A stretch of DNA of 64,000 bases, taken from the NCBI RefSeq assembly GCF_009914755.1, contig NC_060945.1; one strand, 5' to 3'. Shown piece by piece: positions 1 to 16,930 of the stretch. Below the pieces are notes generated by a model. It ran no database searches. It was not told where the DNA came from and saw only the letters and a list, made by a program, of their open reading frames with translations. Positions within the stretch are counted from its first letter, which is position 1. Each line of letters opens with the position of its first letter. The stretch is from the human T2T-CHM13v2.0 reference genome, Homo sapiens. The translations under genes and the position numbers were made by a program.

Positions 1-1100
1 CAGAGAAAGAGGATTCAGTGAAGACACTTGAGAAAGAATGTTCAGAAAATTAGGAGTAAAAACCTTGATGTCTTGGAAATATAAATAAAAAGAAAAGATA
101 ATCACATTGTAAGAAGACATGCCAAAGGTATAAAATGCTTCAGAGAGATTAAGAATTAAAATATACCCATTTGATTGAGCAATCAGTAGGTTTATGGGGG
201 TCACATTTATGAGTCATCTAGTGAAAAGGTAAAAGTAAATGCCTAAATGAAATAAGTGAAAAAAGCTGATGAGGTGATGAACTGGATTATAAATTGTGGT
301 TTGGAAAACCTCATTTGGATAGATTAGCCACATGAATGTAAGCAAGGAAGCAGAGAAGTAAGTCCTGGAGAAGGAGGGGTATACGATTGGGTGATTTTAT
401 GCTTCATGTCATCTATAATTTATCTGTTCAGAAGCAAGTATGATTCCTGATAGAGAGAAAATATGAGTGGTAGGAGATACCTGTCTGGGAAAAGAGGCAT
501 GTAAGATGGCTGGATTAAAGCTTTGAGATCATTTACCTTGAGTAAAATTATGAATTAAAATAAATTACACAGAGCTTATAATTTTCAAGAATAACGGATC
601 GAAAAAAAAAAAGCAACAGGCATGTCCAGGTGCTTATCTGACACATTTCTCTGTATCAAAATCTACTTGCATACTAAATTATATAGCTCTTTAAATAAAG
701 AGTTAAAGCCATCACTCAGCTATGCCGAGAACCTCAGAAGTACTAGGGCTTGGCTTCTGAGAGTGGTTAGAGCCCAAGTCATAATGAGGAGGCACCAGTT
801 TAACATTTGCTTAAGGAGGAGGCAGTGCATTTGGTCTCAGATATTTGCACGTGGTACTGGATGACCAGTAAAGGGATGTTATAACTGGTGGTTCTTTGAC
901 TACAGAAGACCATCTATTCATTCTCATTAAGGGGTGGCAGGTGTGTTTTAATGAATGTCTGCAGCAAGATAGACTGATGATATCACTGGGAGTTGGGCAG
1001 AGAATCAAGACAGTGAGATTTAAAGCACAAGAAGGATTCACTATGCCATCAATGGCTTGACAATGGAGGCTATGAACATGATATGAAATGTAGACGAAGT
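1..1100 (-). mobile_element. Highly diverged L2 LINE fragments
   Basis: Purine-rich tracts resemble antisense L2 (e.g. 'gagaaagaatgttcagaaaattaggagtaaaaacc', 'gatatcactgggagttgggcagagaatcaagacagtgag'). Boundaries are approximate. Confidence 0.45.
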
Positions 1101-2044
1101 CTAGAAATTGAGGAGATGGCTACTTTTGTGGCTTATATTTACACTGGCTGCATTAGTAACTATTTTAGAAGGTCTATGTGTCCTACTAAGTGCTATTGTT
1201 CTTCACACATTGTGTAAGAAAAATTAAATCTTCATGAGAAAATTGGAAATGTATTAAGTTGTCAAGAGTCACAATGTTGGTCCTTCAGGCTTCAAAAGAA
1301 CAGGAGATATAGACCTTGAGCAAAATATCTCACAAACCAGTTGATCAAGTTTGATGTTTGTTGAAACCTTTGTGGTCACTGTGACTTTGATAATCTTTGT
1401 GGTGAGACCTTCCCATGGACACAGACATTTATAAAACAATATGCTCTATAACTGGAGCATTTCCAGTATCCTGTTTTAAAGTCCTGGGTATTGTTATTAA
1501 ATTGCTTTTTGTTTGAAAGACTGTGCTGGAATTCCTTTGCTTGAATTCTTCTTCTAAGCTTTATAGTCTGTGTAAGCACACAGATTAATTCTCTATTACG
1601 GCCCTGGATATATGCAATGCATCTATGGTGATTCTATTATATTTATGTATTTTTATACCACCAGTTTTAACTAGTTCTCTTCTTCTACTTAAAGAGTGAC
1701 GAAATATGCCTGCTGATTGATGATAGTTTGAGTGTCTACAATTTTGTGGGAAAAAATATCTGTAATATTTTTGGGCTTTTAAAGGTGTCAGTTTTCATCT
1801 ACCAAGTCAGCCTCTGTCTTTTCCAAAGATGAGAAAGCAATGAATGATGAACTCTCTAATAAGCATGCAATTCTTAATAATAATGAAGAAAATTTAACCC
1901 AGGTAATTACATAGCAAACAGTAGAAAACCCCCTAGAGAAATGAAAATCCAATGCCTTTATGAAGAAAAATATGTAAAACTTAATCTGTAATTTTGCAAC
2001 TAAATGAATTTGAATATCAAATGTATCTGAAAATGCATCTTCCT

Positions 2045-2627
2045 GTGTTAACCAGAATTAGAATTGTAAGATGTTTCCTGTGACATTTACTCCCAGGTAT
2101 CAGTCCTATGACTATGTTACGCTACATGCCAAGAGACTTTGCAAATGTAGGTGAGATTAAGGAGCTGATTATAAAATAGAGAAAGTATTCAAGTATAGCT
2201 AACCTAATCACATGAGCCCTTTTAGAGCAGAGTTTTCACACTGCTGACAGAAGATGAAGTCAGAGAGATTTGAAGCACAAGAAGGCTGTTACCATGTACT
2301 TGCTGGCTTTAAAAATGGAGGGAGTTATATGAGAAGGATTGCAGGTGGTATCTAGAAACTGAAAACAGCCCTTGGATACAACAAGAAACTGAATTTGGCC
2401 AGCAACCTGAATGAGCTTGAAAGGGAATTCCTCCCCAGAAACTCCTGATAAGAGCTCAGCTCAACCAAGACCTTGACTGTAGTTTGTAAGAAACTAAACA
2501 GAGACCAAGCTGAACCTATCTGGACTTGTGACCTTCAGAAACTGTCATATAATAAATGGGTGTAGTTTTAAGTAATTCACAACTAATTTAATGGTAATTT
2601 GTTACTCACCAAAGGAAAACTAAACCA
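2045..2627 (+). mobile_element. MaLR LTR, MLT1E-like solo LTR
   Basis: MLT1 hallmarks: 'gactttgcaaatgta', 'aactgaatttggccagcaacctgaatgagcttg', 'aataaatgggtgtagttttaag', terminal 'ggaaaactaaacca'. Confidence 0.8.
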
Positions 2628-2955
2628 GTTCCTCAAATAACATACTCGAAAGACAATCATTTTAAGTTATCATTAATTTAAAACAAGAACAATTCTCTCT
2701 TATATTTACACAACAGTGTGTCAACAAAAATGACCTTAGCTGATGGCTGGCTTTTATTTCTGTTAGCATTCATATTTTCAATGTCAACTCTTTCACTAAA
2801 AACTAAATGCACTAAAGACAATTTTAAGAATAAACAAACAAGTAATTTATTTCTTCATTGCTGAAATGAAAATCGTAAAATTTTGAAATGCACTAGTATG
2901 GTAGGCCTCTTTATTGTTAAATTTGCATTTTATTTGGTATTAAAACATTAAGACA

Positions 2956-3253
<298 letters not shown>

Positions 3254-3278
3254 TTAAAACAGAAACCTTTACGTCCAC

Positions 3279-3525
3279 TGTAGTATGAGACTGTATTATT
3301 TGGCCAAAATTATTTCTATTTTCTTCAATCCTGCTATGACTTCCCTGTGGGTTGATATGACTTTCACATACTCCACTGATGAAATATGAGACTTATTTGG
3401 CCAATGGAAGAAGGACAGAAGTGAAAATCAACCAGTTCTAAGATTATTCCTTAAGAAGCATAACAAGTTTCCCCTCATCCTTTTGGAGCTTTTACTGTCT
3501 TCAATGAGCAAGCAGGCCCCAGGCG
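3279..3525 (+). mobile_element. Old MaLR LTR fragment (MLT1I/J-like)
   Basis: 'gacttatttggccaatggaa...gacagaagtga...ccagttctaag' is typical of the 5' half of MLT1H-J. Confidence 0.6.
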
Positions 3526-3826
3526 AATATTGTAAAATAATTTAATTGCAGTATTAGGATTGATACTTCTAACAGTTAAGAAATGGGAAATGCACTGGCA
3601 CATTTGTCTGTTTTTCTTTTAAATAAGAGTCTGAATTATGCCTAATCCTTAAGTTCAAATTTTAGAAATACTGTTTTTACATAGACTAAGATGTATCTAG
3701 ACCTTCGAAGATGAGTATGTCTAAGTTTTAGGCGTTTCTCTTAAGTCGATCAATATACTATAGGCCTTTAAAATATAAAAATATTTTATTTTTAAAAGTC
3801 TTTTTTAAGTCAATACGTGTTACCTT

Positions 3827-4225
3827 CGTTAAATCAAGATGAGCCTAAAGGTGTCCCGTTGCATAGTTTAAGTTTAGCCTAAAGGTTTTTCTGTACATCA
3901 TCAACTATAACAAATGGAGGTGTAACCAGACTGCAGCCTACACTTGTGCCAATCACTGAGTTTTGGACAGTCAAATGTAGTCAATTGTTTGAACCTTGTT
4001 CAAATAAGGCAAATGCCAAGTTGTAACCAATCCACCTGTTTCTGTACCTCATGTCTGTTTTCTCTACATTTCTTTCCTTTCTCTGTCCATAAATCTTATT
4101 CCACTTTGTGGCTACACGGGAGTCTCTGAGCCTACTCTGGTTGAGAAGGCTGCCCCATTCACGAATCATTCAATGCTCAATTAAACTCCTTTACATTTAA
4201 TTTGACTGAAGTTTTTCTTTTATCA
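3827..4225 (+). mobile_element. ERV1 solo LTR, MER57A/B-like
   Basis: 'gttaaatcaagatgagcctaaag...ttcaaataaggcaaatgccaagttgtaaccaatcc...ttttcttttatca'. 4-bp TSD cctt (3823-3826) / tctt (4226-4229). Confidence 0.85.
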
Positions 4226-5785
4226 TCTTCTTTGAACCACTGAGGTTTTCTTCTAAAACATGATGATATACACAAAATTATCTTATTAATGATGTGCATG
4301 TTTGAATTCAAACAACAAATGGTTTTCCCTATTTTGAGCATCTAGCTTTGTGGAAGATATATAGTCCCATTATATAATAGAGCTACCTTGTACCAGGACA
4401 GAGAAATGTCTTTGAATAATATATCAAAGAGTGGGCTCTGCCTCATTGCCTAAGTAATCAATTTCACGGTAAGACTAGTCAGCTTTACAGATGAGTGTAA
4501 TGCATGGGAAAGGTTCAGAAATATATTATTATATCTACTTGAGAAAAATACATCTTTGAGTACAGTACTTAAACTAAAAATTTTACAATGCATAATGGGA
4601 AACAAAGTGCATTGGAGGCTAAGTGGAAAGAATTGATGTTCATCTTTAAGCATAGGGAAAAAAATTTTAAAGTCCTACCTGTTTGATACTTGAATTTTTC
4701 CTTGAAACTTTCCTGAGATTTTAAATAGGCCCATAACATTCTGCTCTTAAAGATAGGAGAGAAAAAATTTTACTGTAATACTTACTCTATGAGGCACAAA
4801 TTGAAAATATTTTGTAATATCGAAGATATAAACCTTTTGTATGTCATTAAAAATAAAAATAAGAATGCATGAAAAGAGTTGATAATTTTTATAGTATATG
4901 AAAATACAATTTATAGCAATGAAACAAAGTTTTTCTAGCGACATTTCAGAAGATTATTTTAAATATATTCTGTTGATATTATTTATTACTATTATATTAA
5001 GAAAAAATGCTTTTACATTTAACAATACCAAAATGTGAAGTTTTATAAATACATATTTTTTAAAAAATACTAGTTTCTATATATTCACATAAAGGAAAAA
5101 CATACAGATTTTTAAAAATTCTGTGATTTTAAATTTTCAAAATGTTCATATTAGCAGAAACCTCCAATGCAATTATTATATATGTGCAAATTCTTATTTA
5201 TATAAACATATATTTACTTATCTGTGTTGAAAAATCTTTAAACATTTTAATCACTACTTTAAAAATAACACTCTTTTTTCTTGTATAGCTATTATAATAA
5301 AAAATTTTAACATATAATCAGTTTTCATTCTTGGATCACAGAATCAAGTATGATTCTTTTAATTGAGTGGTATATGGAAAACTTAGAGAAACAAACATCC
5401 TCATAAGCGAAGGTGGATTTTTATTTACAAATTCTGCATAAATCCATTGTCTTTTAGAACAATCTTCATGGGTCACAAACAAAAACATGTTCTCAAAACA
5501 TGAAGCATTACCACTTTAGCATTTCTCTTACAAATAGAGAGAAACTTATACCCAGCTCTTTTTATTTATTTATTTATTTTTGCATAGTTATTTCAAATAT
5601 TTTAAGTTTAGTCTTGCTTCTATTTAACCATGTATTTAAAATATGTATATGAATTTTTCTCTAAGATATCTACATGAATTTTTTTTTTTACTTAATAATA
5701 CAAAATTTCTCACCATCTCCCTTAATCACATTGAACTAATCAGAAACTAATTTAATAACAAATATGATGCCCTGTAGTAAAATTC

Positions 5786-6154
5786 TGTGTTTTAGACAGT
5801 TCAGGTTGCTATAACTGATATATAATGGGCTACATAGACTAGGTGGCTTAAAACACACATGCATTTCTCACAGTTCCAGAGGCTGGAAAGTCCCAGATTA
5901 AGGTGACAGCTGAACTGGTGTCTGTTGAGGGCCTGTTCCCTAATTTGCAGATGGCAGAGAAAATCTCACAGGGCAGAGAAGAGTCTCTTTTTATAAGGGT
6001 ACTAAATCCATTCTTGAGGACACAACAAGACCTAACTATCAGGCTCATGACCTAATTTCCTCCTAAAGGTCTCACCTCCAAATATCATCACATTGGTGAT
6101 TAGGCCTTCAATATATGACATTTGGGGGTGGACACAAACATTCAGTCCATAGCA
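5786..6154 (-). mobile_element. MaLR LTR, MLT1A/A0-like
   Basis: Antisense MLT1A motifs 'tttctcacagttccagaggctggaaagtcc', 'cacctccaaatatcatcacattgg', 'gacacaaacattcagtccatagca'. Confidence 0.85.
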
Positions 6155-6959
6155 CTTCAAATAACAGAACAGATTAGAACGGCATCTTCGGATATCTTAT
6201 CATTCGTGATCTAACAGTGAATTTAGGGTATGAAACAGAAATATGGTTATTTCTCTGCCTTTCTCTGCCTTTTCTAAAAAAAAATAGACAATCCTGTCTT
6301 ACAGGTTTTTAGAAAGTGTTGAAAATAATTTTTTTTCACTCGTTCACACATTGTATAACTAAGAATGATTACAAATCTTCACCCAAGAATGAAGGAGTTC
6401 TATTTTTAAAGTAGGTTTAACTTTTTAAGAAGGAGTAACAGTTTGCTAAGTATCTCTTTAACAAATCTAATTAACCCCGCTTTCATCTAACTCATGTTTG
6501 GCGTTCCCTGAGTATTTTTGTTCTAAATCAACAAAATTATTAAATTATTTTGAATGTATAATTTGAATTCCAATATAATAAAAAAAAACATAACTGTGTT
6601 GTAAAATGCCCTGAGATGTTTGTGATGAGATAGGTGGCTGTAAGTGCTGTGATAGAATAAGTTAATTTTATTTTGCATAAATAAAAGTAAGTAACCTTAG
6701 GGGTTTTGAATAGCCATATTTAATGCTACATCTTGGGTAATACCCAGCTTTGCATGTATCTGCATATATCTATACATGTTGAAAACTCCATTTATTGAAA
6801 ATAATTGATCTTTAAGAAACTTTTGGATAACTATAGAAAATCAGTATTTTAACATATGTCAGCACACTTCAGGAGATACAATACTATTGTTTAAGGTTTT
6901 ATTGGCATTGTCATTAAATAAATGTAACATAATAAAGTGGTAAAAAGTTAAATGATATA

Positions 6960-7140
6960 TTAAATACCATAAAGTGTTAGGGGAATTAGAGATCATTTAA
7001 CCATAAAAGAGCAAAGAAACTTTCATAGAAGGTGTATATATTGAATTTTACTTCCATAGACGGGTAGGATTTAGAATATTGAAGAGGAAGGCAAGGGACA
7101 TTCAAGATAATAGCATAATCTAACATAAACGAAAAAAGAA
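6960..7140 (-). mobile_element. L2 fragment
   Basis: 'gggtaggatttagaatattgaagaggaaggcaagggacattcaag' resembles antisense L2. Confidence 0.45.
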
Positions 7141-7929
7141 TTTGATGTGTAAATAAAATGACATGACAAAAAAATTGGAAACCTCAATACCATCAAAACA
7201 AAGTGGATATGCCACATTGGATTATAGTAAGTTTTAGTAGAAAACAGTAAATTTTGTAATTATATGATTTCCCTCTCTTTTCTGGTGAGAGTTACTGCAT
7301 CATCTTTGCCTGAGACACACACAAAAATAAATGAGTCAGATATATTCAAAGGTTCTGTGACCTGGACAAAGTAATTTGCTTATAGAGAGAAAAGTGGACA
7401 CAAGATGTCAATCAGTGTCCATTAATAATTTTTAATGCTTGAAAAGAAACAACTGCTGAGATTTCTAGAGACAGAAATATTGTTCTGGACAGATGGAATT
7501 ACTATTTAGCTTGGCTTTGTCATCTTAACTTTAACACTGTACATAAATTCCTTTAAGCCCAGATTTCTGCATGAAAAAAACTAAAATAAAGTAAAATGTA
7601 ATCCAGAGATGGAGAAAAAGAAAGGCAGAAAAACGACATAATTTTAGTATCAAAATTTATCCTTGACTGACTTTTAATTAGGTAGGTCCCCAAATTTCCT
7701 TCTTGCTTACATTGTTTTTTTAACTACAATTTTAAAAATAAACAAGCTTTACATTTGGAAGGTTATAGATGTAGGCAAATATTTGGCAACAGTGGTGAAA
7801 TGTGTGTAATGTGCTTAATCAGTCAGTAATACTTACAAATCAGTATTTAGCATTTTTCAGTATTTCAACATAAACATTCAGGAATGTGCTTTATACTTAT
7901 ACTTCCCAGGCACCTAGCTGTGTATCTTC

Positions 7930-10539
<2,610 letters not shown>

Positions 10540-10959
10540 ACTTCCTAGTATATAGAAAGTGGTAAACCAATATTTGTGAAATAAATGAGGAATTCAATGG
10601 TCATTCTATTAAGAACAAATGAAATATATCTTAATTTCCTTGCTCAATGAAGTGTTTATATGTTTGTCTTCTTTCCTTATTTCTTCCACTTCTCTCTTGA
10701 TTGTTTTCATCCTAGTGTTGAAGTTTTAGACAATTTAGTACCATAATTTGAATGAAGAAATAATACTATAGATGCTATATATGACAAAGAAAATATTATC
10801 TTAGTGTGTATGTTGGATCAAAAAATTAGACCCAATAGAATAGAAAGACTATCCATTCTATAGAATATTGGTATGGAAAAAATTAAAAAATAAATTTGCT
10901 TATTTGTCTGGTAGATCTCCAAGTGCTTAATTATCAAACCAAAGAATAAATCTTTATTT

Positions 10960-11060
10960 TGCAGAAAACAGAAAGTAACTGGCAGGTTATGGAGCAGAAT
11001 AATGACATAATCAAAAAAATGCTTTTGGAAGATCAGTCTTAAAGCCTTTGTTAGAAAATG
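10960..11060 (-). mobile_element. L2 fragment
   Basis: 'gagcagaataatgacataatc...gcttttggaagatcagtct' is an antisense L2 motif. Confidence 0.55.
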
Positions 11061-11139
11061 GAGAGAGAGAGAGAGAGAATATGTGTGCATGCGTGTGCAT
11101 GTGTGTTTGTGTGTGTGTGTGCGTGTGTGTGTGTGTGTG
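11061..11139. repeat. Compound (GA)n-(TG)n microsatellite
   Basis: Directly visible. Confidence 0.95.
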
Positions 11140-11319
11140 GTGAGAAAGGTACTTTGTAGTTTCAGGAGTAGCCTAGACATATTGGTATAATTTCCCTGTT
11201 AGTTTAGGCTAAGTTCAAGGGCTGTACATTTATTTTTTTCTTTGAATTTCTTTGGTGCAATATCAAAGTGTGTAATCAGTAAAGGTGATGATTGGATTGG
11301 CCTATGAAAGGCACTTTAA

Positions 11320-11812
11320 AGGTCTGCATGTTAGAAGTCTGGTCAAGCTCAGCTGGAAACTCCACTAAGGAACTTTCACAATTCAAATCAATCATCTTTC
11401 AGACTCCTAATCTGATGTCATCTGCTCATTAGGGTTGTTGGCAGAATTCATGGCTTTATGGTTGGAGAATTGAGGTTTTTGTTTCTGTTCTGGTTGTCAG
11501 CCAGAGACAACTCTAGTGGTATAGGCCAACTGCATTTCTGATCAAATGGTCACCTCCATCTCTGGCCAGAAGCAGTGTGTTGAACTCCTCTTAATGCTTC
11601 AAATCTTTCTTACTTCCTCTGCTGCCAGCCTGAGAAGATGCTCTGCTTTGTAAGGGTACATGTGATTACATTAGATCAGCTAGGGCAATTTCCCTCTCTA
11701 AAGGTCAACAAGTTAACAATTTTAACTACATCTGCCAAATCCCCTTTTCTACATAATATAAATAATCACAGGGCAGAAGTTACACAGGCCATCTTAAGAT
11801 TCTGCCTGATGC
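11320..11812 (-). mobile_element. MaLR LTR, MLT1E-like
   Basis: 'gttgttggcagaattca', 'tgctttgtaagggtacatgtgattacatt', terminal 'ggccatcttaagattctgcctga'. Confidence 0.75.
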
Positions 11813-12490
11813 AAGGAAAATGCTGTTCAGATTCATTTAATAGCAGAATTACAGTTTAACTTTTAAAATATTTTTAACAAAAACTCATATTTCCATTTCT
11901 TCCAAAGTTGTTTTCATTGATTATTTGTTCAATTCCAAGTTACATTTTCTTTATTTTTCTTAAGAATTGCATATATATTAAAAAGATTTCTATTCATTGG
12001 TTCTCATCTTTAAAAAAAAAAACACAGGCAAACTTGCTAAATGAAAACTCTCATCTTTATAAGCATAAATATATCCTTTCAATGATTGCTAGAAAACTAT
12101 CCAAGTGTAAAACCATCATGAATGAGCATAATTTGCTACTCCTTAAAAAGAATAGTTGAACTAGTTAAAAGTGACATTTAAAAAATACATAAAAAAATTT
12201 ATGAACCACTCTTTTATAATTCATTTGTTTATAAAATATGAATAATATATTGTTTTCAGTCCTCAGTTAAACCAGTATATTTGGTCATTTAAGAAACACA
12301 GTTCTTTAGTAAGACTGTAAATGGTATCTGCAGGTATAGACAGCTTCAAATATTGCAACTTAAACTGACCACAGCATTGTCTTTTAAGAATTACAAATAT
12401 TATTTTTTGGAATTAACACTTATCACCAAATTGATAAAGTTATTGTTTTTAACAAAATTAAAATTATCATTACTGACTCAAAAATGTATA

Positions 12491-12493
12491 CAT

Positions 12494-12528
<35 letters not shown>

Positions 12529-12816
12529 TTTTGCAGACAGAGTTTTTCTTTTGTCACTCAGGCTGGAATGCAATAGTGCAATCTCGGCTCATTATAACCT
12601 CCGCCTCCTGGTTTCAAGCAATTCTCCTGCCTCAGCCTCCTGAATAGCTGGGATTACAGGCACCTGCCACCACACCCAGCTAATTTTTGTATTTTTATTA
12701 GAGATGTGGTTTCACCATGTTGGCCAGGCTGGTCATGAACTCCTGACCTCAGGTGATCTGCCCACCTCAGCCTCCCAAATTGTTAGGATTACAGGTGTGA
12801 ACCACTGCTCCTGGCC
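12491..12816 (-). mobile_element. AluSx-like element with (TTTA)n tail
   Basis: Antisense Alu dimer containing 'ctgacctcaggtgatctgccc'. The tail has expanded into (ttta)n. Confidence 0.96.
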
Positions 12817-12943
12817 TACTTTTTAAACTCCTTCAGGGAAAGGGTTGATTCAAAGGTCTTATACTTGAAATAATATTTTAGCTATTATGGAAAATGAGTT
12901 AAATAGTGGATATATAATGTTGAAGACATAAAAACAAACAGTA

Positions 12944-13342
12944 CAGCAAGGAGCAGAGAAAGACAGTACAATAGAAGGCTATGCCAGTCTTCACCACAAA
13001 GACACCAATTTAACAACTATTTACAAATTAAAGTACTGTCAAAAAAGCAAAAATCAGATGAGTACTCACCATACATGGTCTTAACTTCATATCCCTGAAA
13101 GAGGTACTGAAGAGGTAGGAAAAACAGCCTTGAATCAGAGACGCCCCTCTGCCATCCCATGGCAACAACAGTGTGGTGTGAAAAGCATTTCTGTACCCTA
13201 GTGTGACAGAGAGTGCAAAAACTGTGAGACATTGAACCAGTGCTGTCCTGCTATAACAGAAAACAAAACTAGACAAACTCACCTGATGCCCACTCATGGA
13301 GGGAGCATTTAAATCAGCCCTAGCCAGAGGGGAATCACTGAT
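12944..13342 (+). mobile_element. L1 5' UTR (L1M1/L1MA1-3-type 5' end)
   Basis: 'aatagaaggct...aaagacaccaatttaacaactatt...aaaaatcagatgagtactcacca...aacttcatatccctgaaagagg' matches my recall of the L1M1 5' end. Confidence 0.75.
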
Positions 13343-16249
13343 ACTACCAGATATTACAACTGACACCACAGAAATGCAAGAGATCATTCAAGAGTACTAT
13401 GAACACCTTTATGCATATAAACTAGAAAACCTAGAGGAGATGAATAAATTCCTGGAAATATACAACCCTCCTAGCTTAAATCAGGAATAATTAGGTACAC
13501 TGAATCGACCAATAACAAGCAGTAAGACTGAAACAGTAATGAAAAAACCACCAGTGGAAAAATAAAATCCAGGAACAAATGGATTCACAGCTGAATACTA
13601 TTAGATAGTCAAAGGAAGAATTGGTACCAAAGCTACTGGCACTATTCCACAAGATAGAGATGGAGGGAATCCTTTTTTAAAAAAATTCTATGAAACCAAT
13701 ATCACCCTATTACCAAAACCAGGAAAGGAAATAACAAAAAAAGGAAACTAAAGACCAGTATCTCTGATGGACACAGATGCAAAAATCCTTTAAAAAAATA
13801 CTAGCTAACCAAATGCAACAAGATATCAAAAAGACAATCCACCATGATCAAGTCAGTTTCATACCAGGGATGCAGGAATGGTTTAACATACACAAGTCAA
13901 TAAATATGATACACCGCATAAACAGAATTAAAAACAAAAATCACATGATCATCTCAATAGATGCAGAAACAGCATTTCGCAAAAATCTAGTGTTTATGAA
14001 TGATTAAAACCTTCAGCAAAATCGACATACCAGGAACATACCTCAATGTAATAAAAGCCATCTATGACAAATTCACAGCCAATGTAATACCTAACAGGGA
14101 AAACTTGAAAGCATTCCTTCTGCGAACTGGAACAAGACAAGTATGCCCACTCTCACCATTTCTATTCAACATAGTGTTGGAAGTCCTAGCCAAAGCAATC
14201 AGACAAGAGAAAGAAATAAAGGACATCCAAATTGGTAAACAGGAAGTAAAACTGTTACTTGTGCTGATGATAGGATTGTATGCCTAGAAAACGCTAAAGA
14301 CTCTTCCAAAAAGCTCCTAGAACTGATAAGTGAATTCAGCAAAGTTTAAGAATAAAAAGTTAATGTACAAAAATCAGTTGCTCTGCTATACACCAACAGC
14401 CACCAAGATGATAATCAAATCAATAATTCAACCCCTTTTATAAAAGCTGCAAAAAAAAAAAAAATAGGAATATACCTATCCAAGGAGGTAAAGGCCACTA
14501 CCAGGAAAACTATGAAACACTGCTGAAAGAAATCATAGTCGACACAAATGAAAACACATCTTATGCTCATGGATGGGTAGAAACAATACTGTGAAAATAA
14601 TCATACTGTGAAAAGAAGTCTACAAATTCAATGTCATTCCCATCAAAATACCACCATCATTCTTCACGGAACTAAAAAAAAAAATCCTAAAACTCATATA
14701 GGACCAAAAAAGAACCCACACATCCAAAGCAAAACTCACCAAAAAGAACAGATCTGGAGGCATCACATTACCTGATTTAAAACTATACTCTAAGGCCATA
14801 TTCACCAAATCAGCATGGTACTGGTTTAAAAATGGGCACATGGTCCAATGGAACAAGACAGAGAAACCAAAAATAAACCCAAATACTTACGTCATCTTAC
14901 CTATATACTTATATTATCTTCAACAAAGCAAATAAAAACATAAGGTGGGGAAAGGACACCCTATTCAACAAATGGTACTGGGATAATTAGCAAGTCACGT
15001 GCAGGACAATTAAACTGTATTTTCATCTCTCACCTTAAACAAAAATAGACTCAAGATGGATCAAGGACTTAAACCTAAGACCTGAAACTAAAAATTCTAG
15101 AGGATGGCAAAGGCTTTATGACCAAGAACCTGAAAGCAAATGCAACAAAATCAAAGATAAATAGGTGGGACTTAAAGAGCTTCTACACAACAAAAGAAAT
15201 AACCAGCAGAGTAAACAGACAACCCACAGAGTGGGAGAAAATATTCACAATCTACACATCCGATAAAGGACTAATATTCATAATCTGCAATGAACTCAAA
15301 CAAATTAGCAAGAATAAAAAACAATCCCATCAAAAAGTGGGCAAAGGACATGAATTGACAGTTCTCAAAACAAGATATACAAATGGCCAACAAACATGAA
15401 AAAATGCTCTACATTACTAATCATCAAGAAAATGTAAATCAAAACCATGATATGATACCACTTTACTCCTGCAAGAATGGCCATAATCAAAAAATCAAAA
15501 AATACCAGATGTTGGCATGGATGCAGTGAATAAGGAACACTTCTACACTGCTGGTGGGAATGTAAACTAGTACAACCACTATGGAAAACAGTGTGGAGAT
15601 CCCTTAAAGGACTAAAAGTAGAATTACCATTTGATCCATCAATGCCACTACTGGATATCTACCCAGAGAAAAAGAAGTCATTATAAGAAAAAGATACTGC
15701 ACAAGCATGTTTATAGTAGCACAATTCACAATTGCAAAAGTATGGAACCAGCCCAAATGCCCATCAATCAACGAGTGAATAAAGAAATTGTGAATATATA
15801 TATATATATATATGCACACACACACATATATACATATATATATGCACACATATATACATATATATATGTGTGTATATATATGATGGAATACCACTCAGCC
15901 ATAAACATGGAACAAATTAATGTCATTTGCAGCAGCCTGGGTGTAAATGGAGACTATTCTAGGTGAAGTAACTCAGGAATGGAAAACCAAATATTATATG
16001 TTCTCATTCATAAGTGGGAGCTAACCTATGAGAATGCAAAGGCATAAGAATGATACAACAGACCTTGGTGACTCAGGGGAAGGGGTACGAGGTGGGTGAG
16101 GGATAAAAGACTACAAATTGGGTTCGGTATATACTGCTCAGATTATGGGTACACCAAAATCTCGCAAATCACCACAAAAGAACTTACTCATGTAACCAGA
16201 TACCACCTGTTCCCCAAAAACCTATGGAAATAAAAAAATTAAAAAAAAA
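13343..16249 (+). mobile_element. L1PB1-like 5'-truncated LINE-1 (ORF2 RT region to 3' UTR and A tail), decayed
   Basis: ORF2 peptides '[23 protein letters not shown]' and '[21 protein letters not shown]'. 3' UTR 'gggataaaagactacaaattggg...aaaaacctatggaaataaaa'. Many stops and frameshifts. Confidence 0.92.
15794..15881. repeat. (TA)n/(CA)n low-complexity expansion inside L1PB
   Basis: Directly visible. Confidence 0.9.
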
Positions 16250-16323
16250 TTTCCTAGGGCAGAGTAATGGTTTTTACTTTGAAGTTCAGAAAATAAAATA
16301 CATTCCGTCCTGTGGAAAAAAAA

Positions 16324-16930
16324 TACCTCACAAGCACAGGCAAGCAAAGCAAAAATGGATAAATGGGATTACAACAAGTTAAAAAACTTCTGCACATTGA
16401 AGGAAACAATCAGCAAAGCGAATAGACAACCCACAGAATTGAAAAAAAATTGCAAACTACTCTTCTGACAAGGGATTGATAATGAGAATATAAAAGGAGC
16501 TCAAACAACTCTATTGGAAAAAAACTTCGTAATCTGATTAAGAAGTGGGAAAAATTAAATAGACATTTCTCAAAAGAAGACAGAAATGGCAAATAGACAA
16601 AGAGGTGCTCAACATCAGTGATCACTGGATAAATGCAAATCAAAAATATAATAAGATATTATTTCACCCCATTTAATAATAGAAAGAATGAATAAGACAT
16701 AGTATTTGATAGCACAACAGGGTGATTATAGTCAACAATAATTTACTTGTACATTTTAAAATAATGAAAGGGGTATGATTTGTTTGTAAAACAAATGATA
16801 AATGCTTGAGGGGATGAATACCTGGTTCTCCCTGATGTGCGTGTTTCACATTACATGCCTGTGTCAAAAAATCTCATGTACCCCATAAATACACGTAGGA
16901 TGCACCCACTAACTTAAAAATATGTACTTT
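16324..16930 (+). mobile_element. L1MA2/3-like ORF2 end plus 3' UTR (internally deleted near 16672)
   Basis: 'cacaagcacaggcaagcaaagcaaaaatggataaatgggatt' and 3' UTR 'gaatgaataagacatagtatttgatagcacaacagggtg'. Confidence 0.85.

Noticed and set aside
7770-7875. Possible old DNA-transposon (MER) fragment
   Set aside because: I could not identify TIRs or a family with any confidence.
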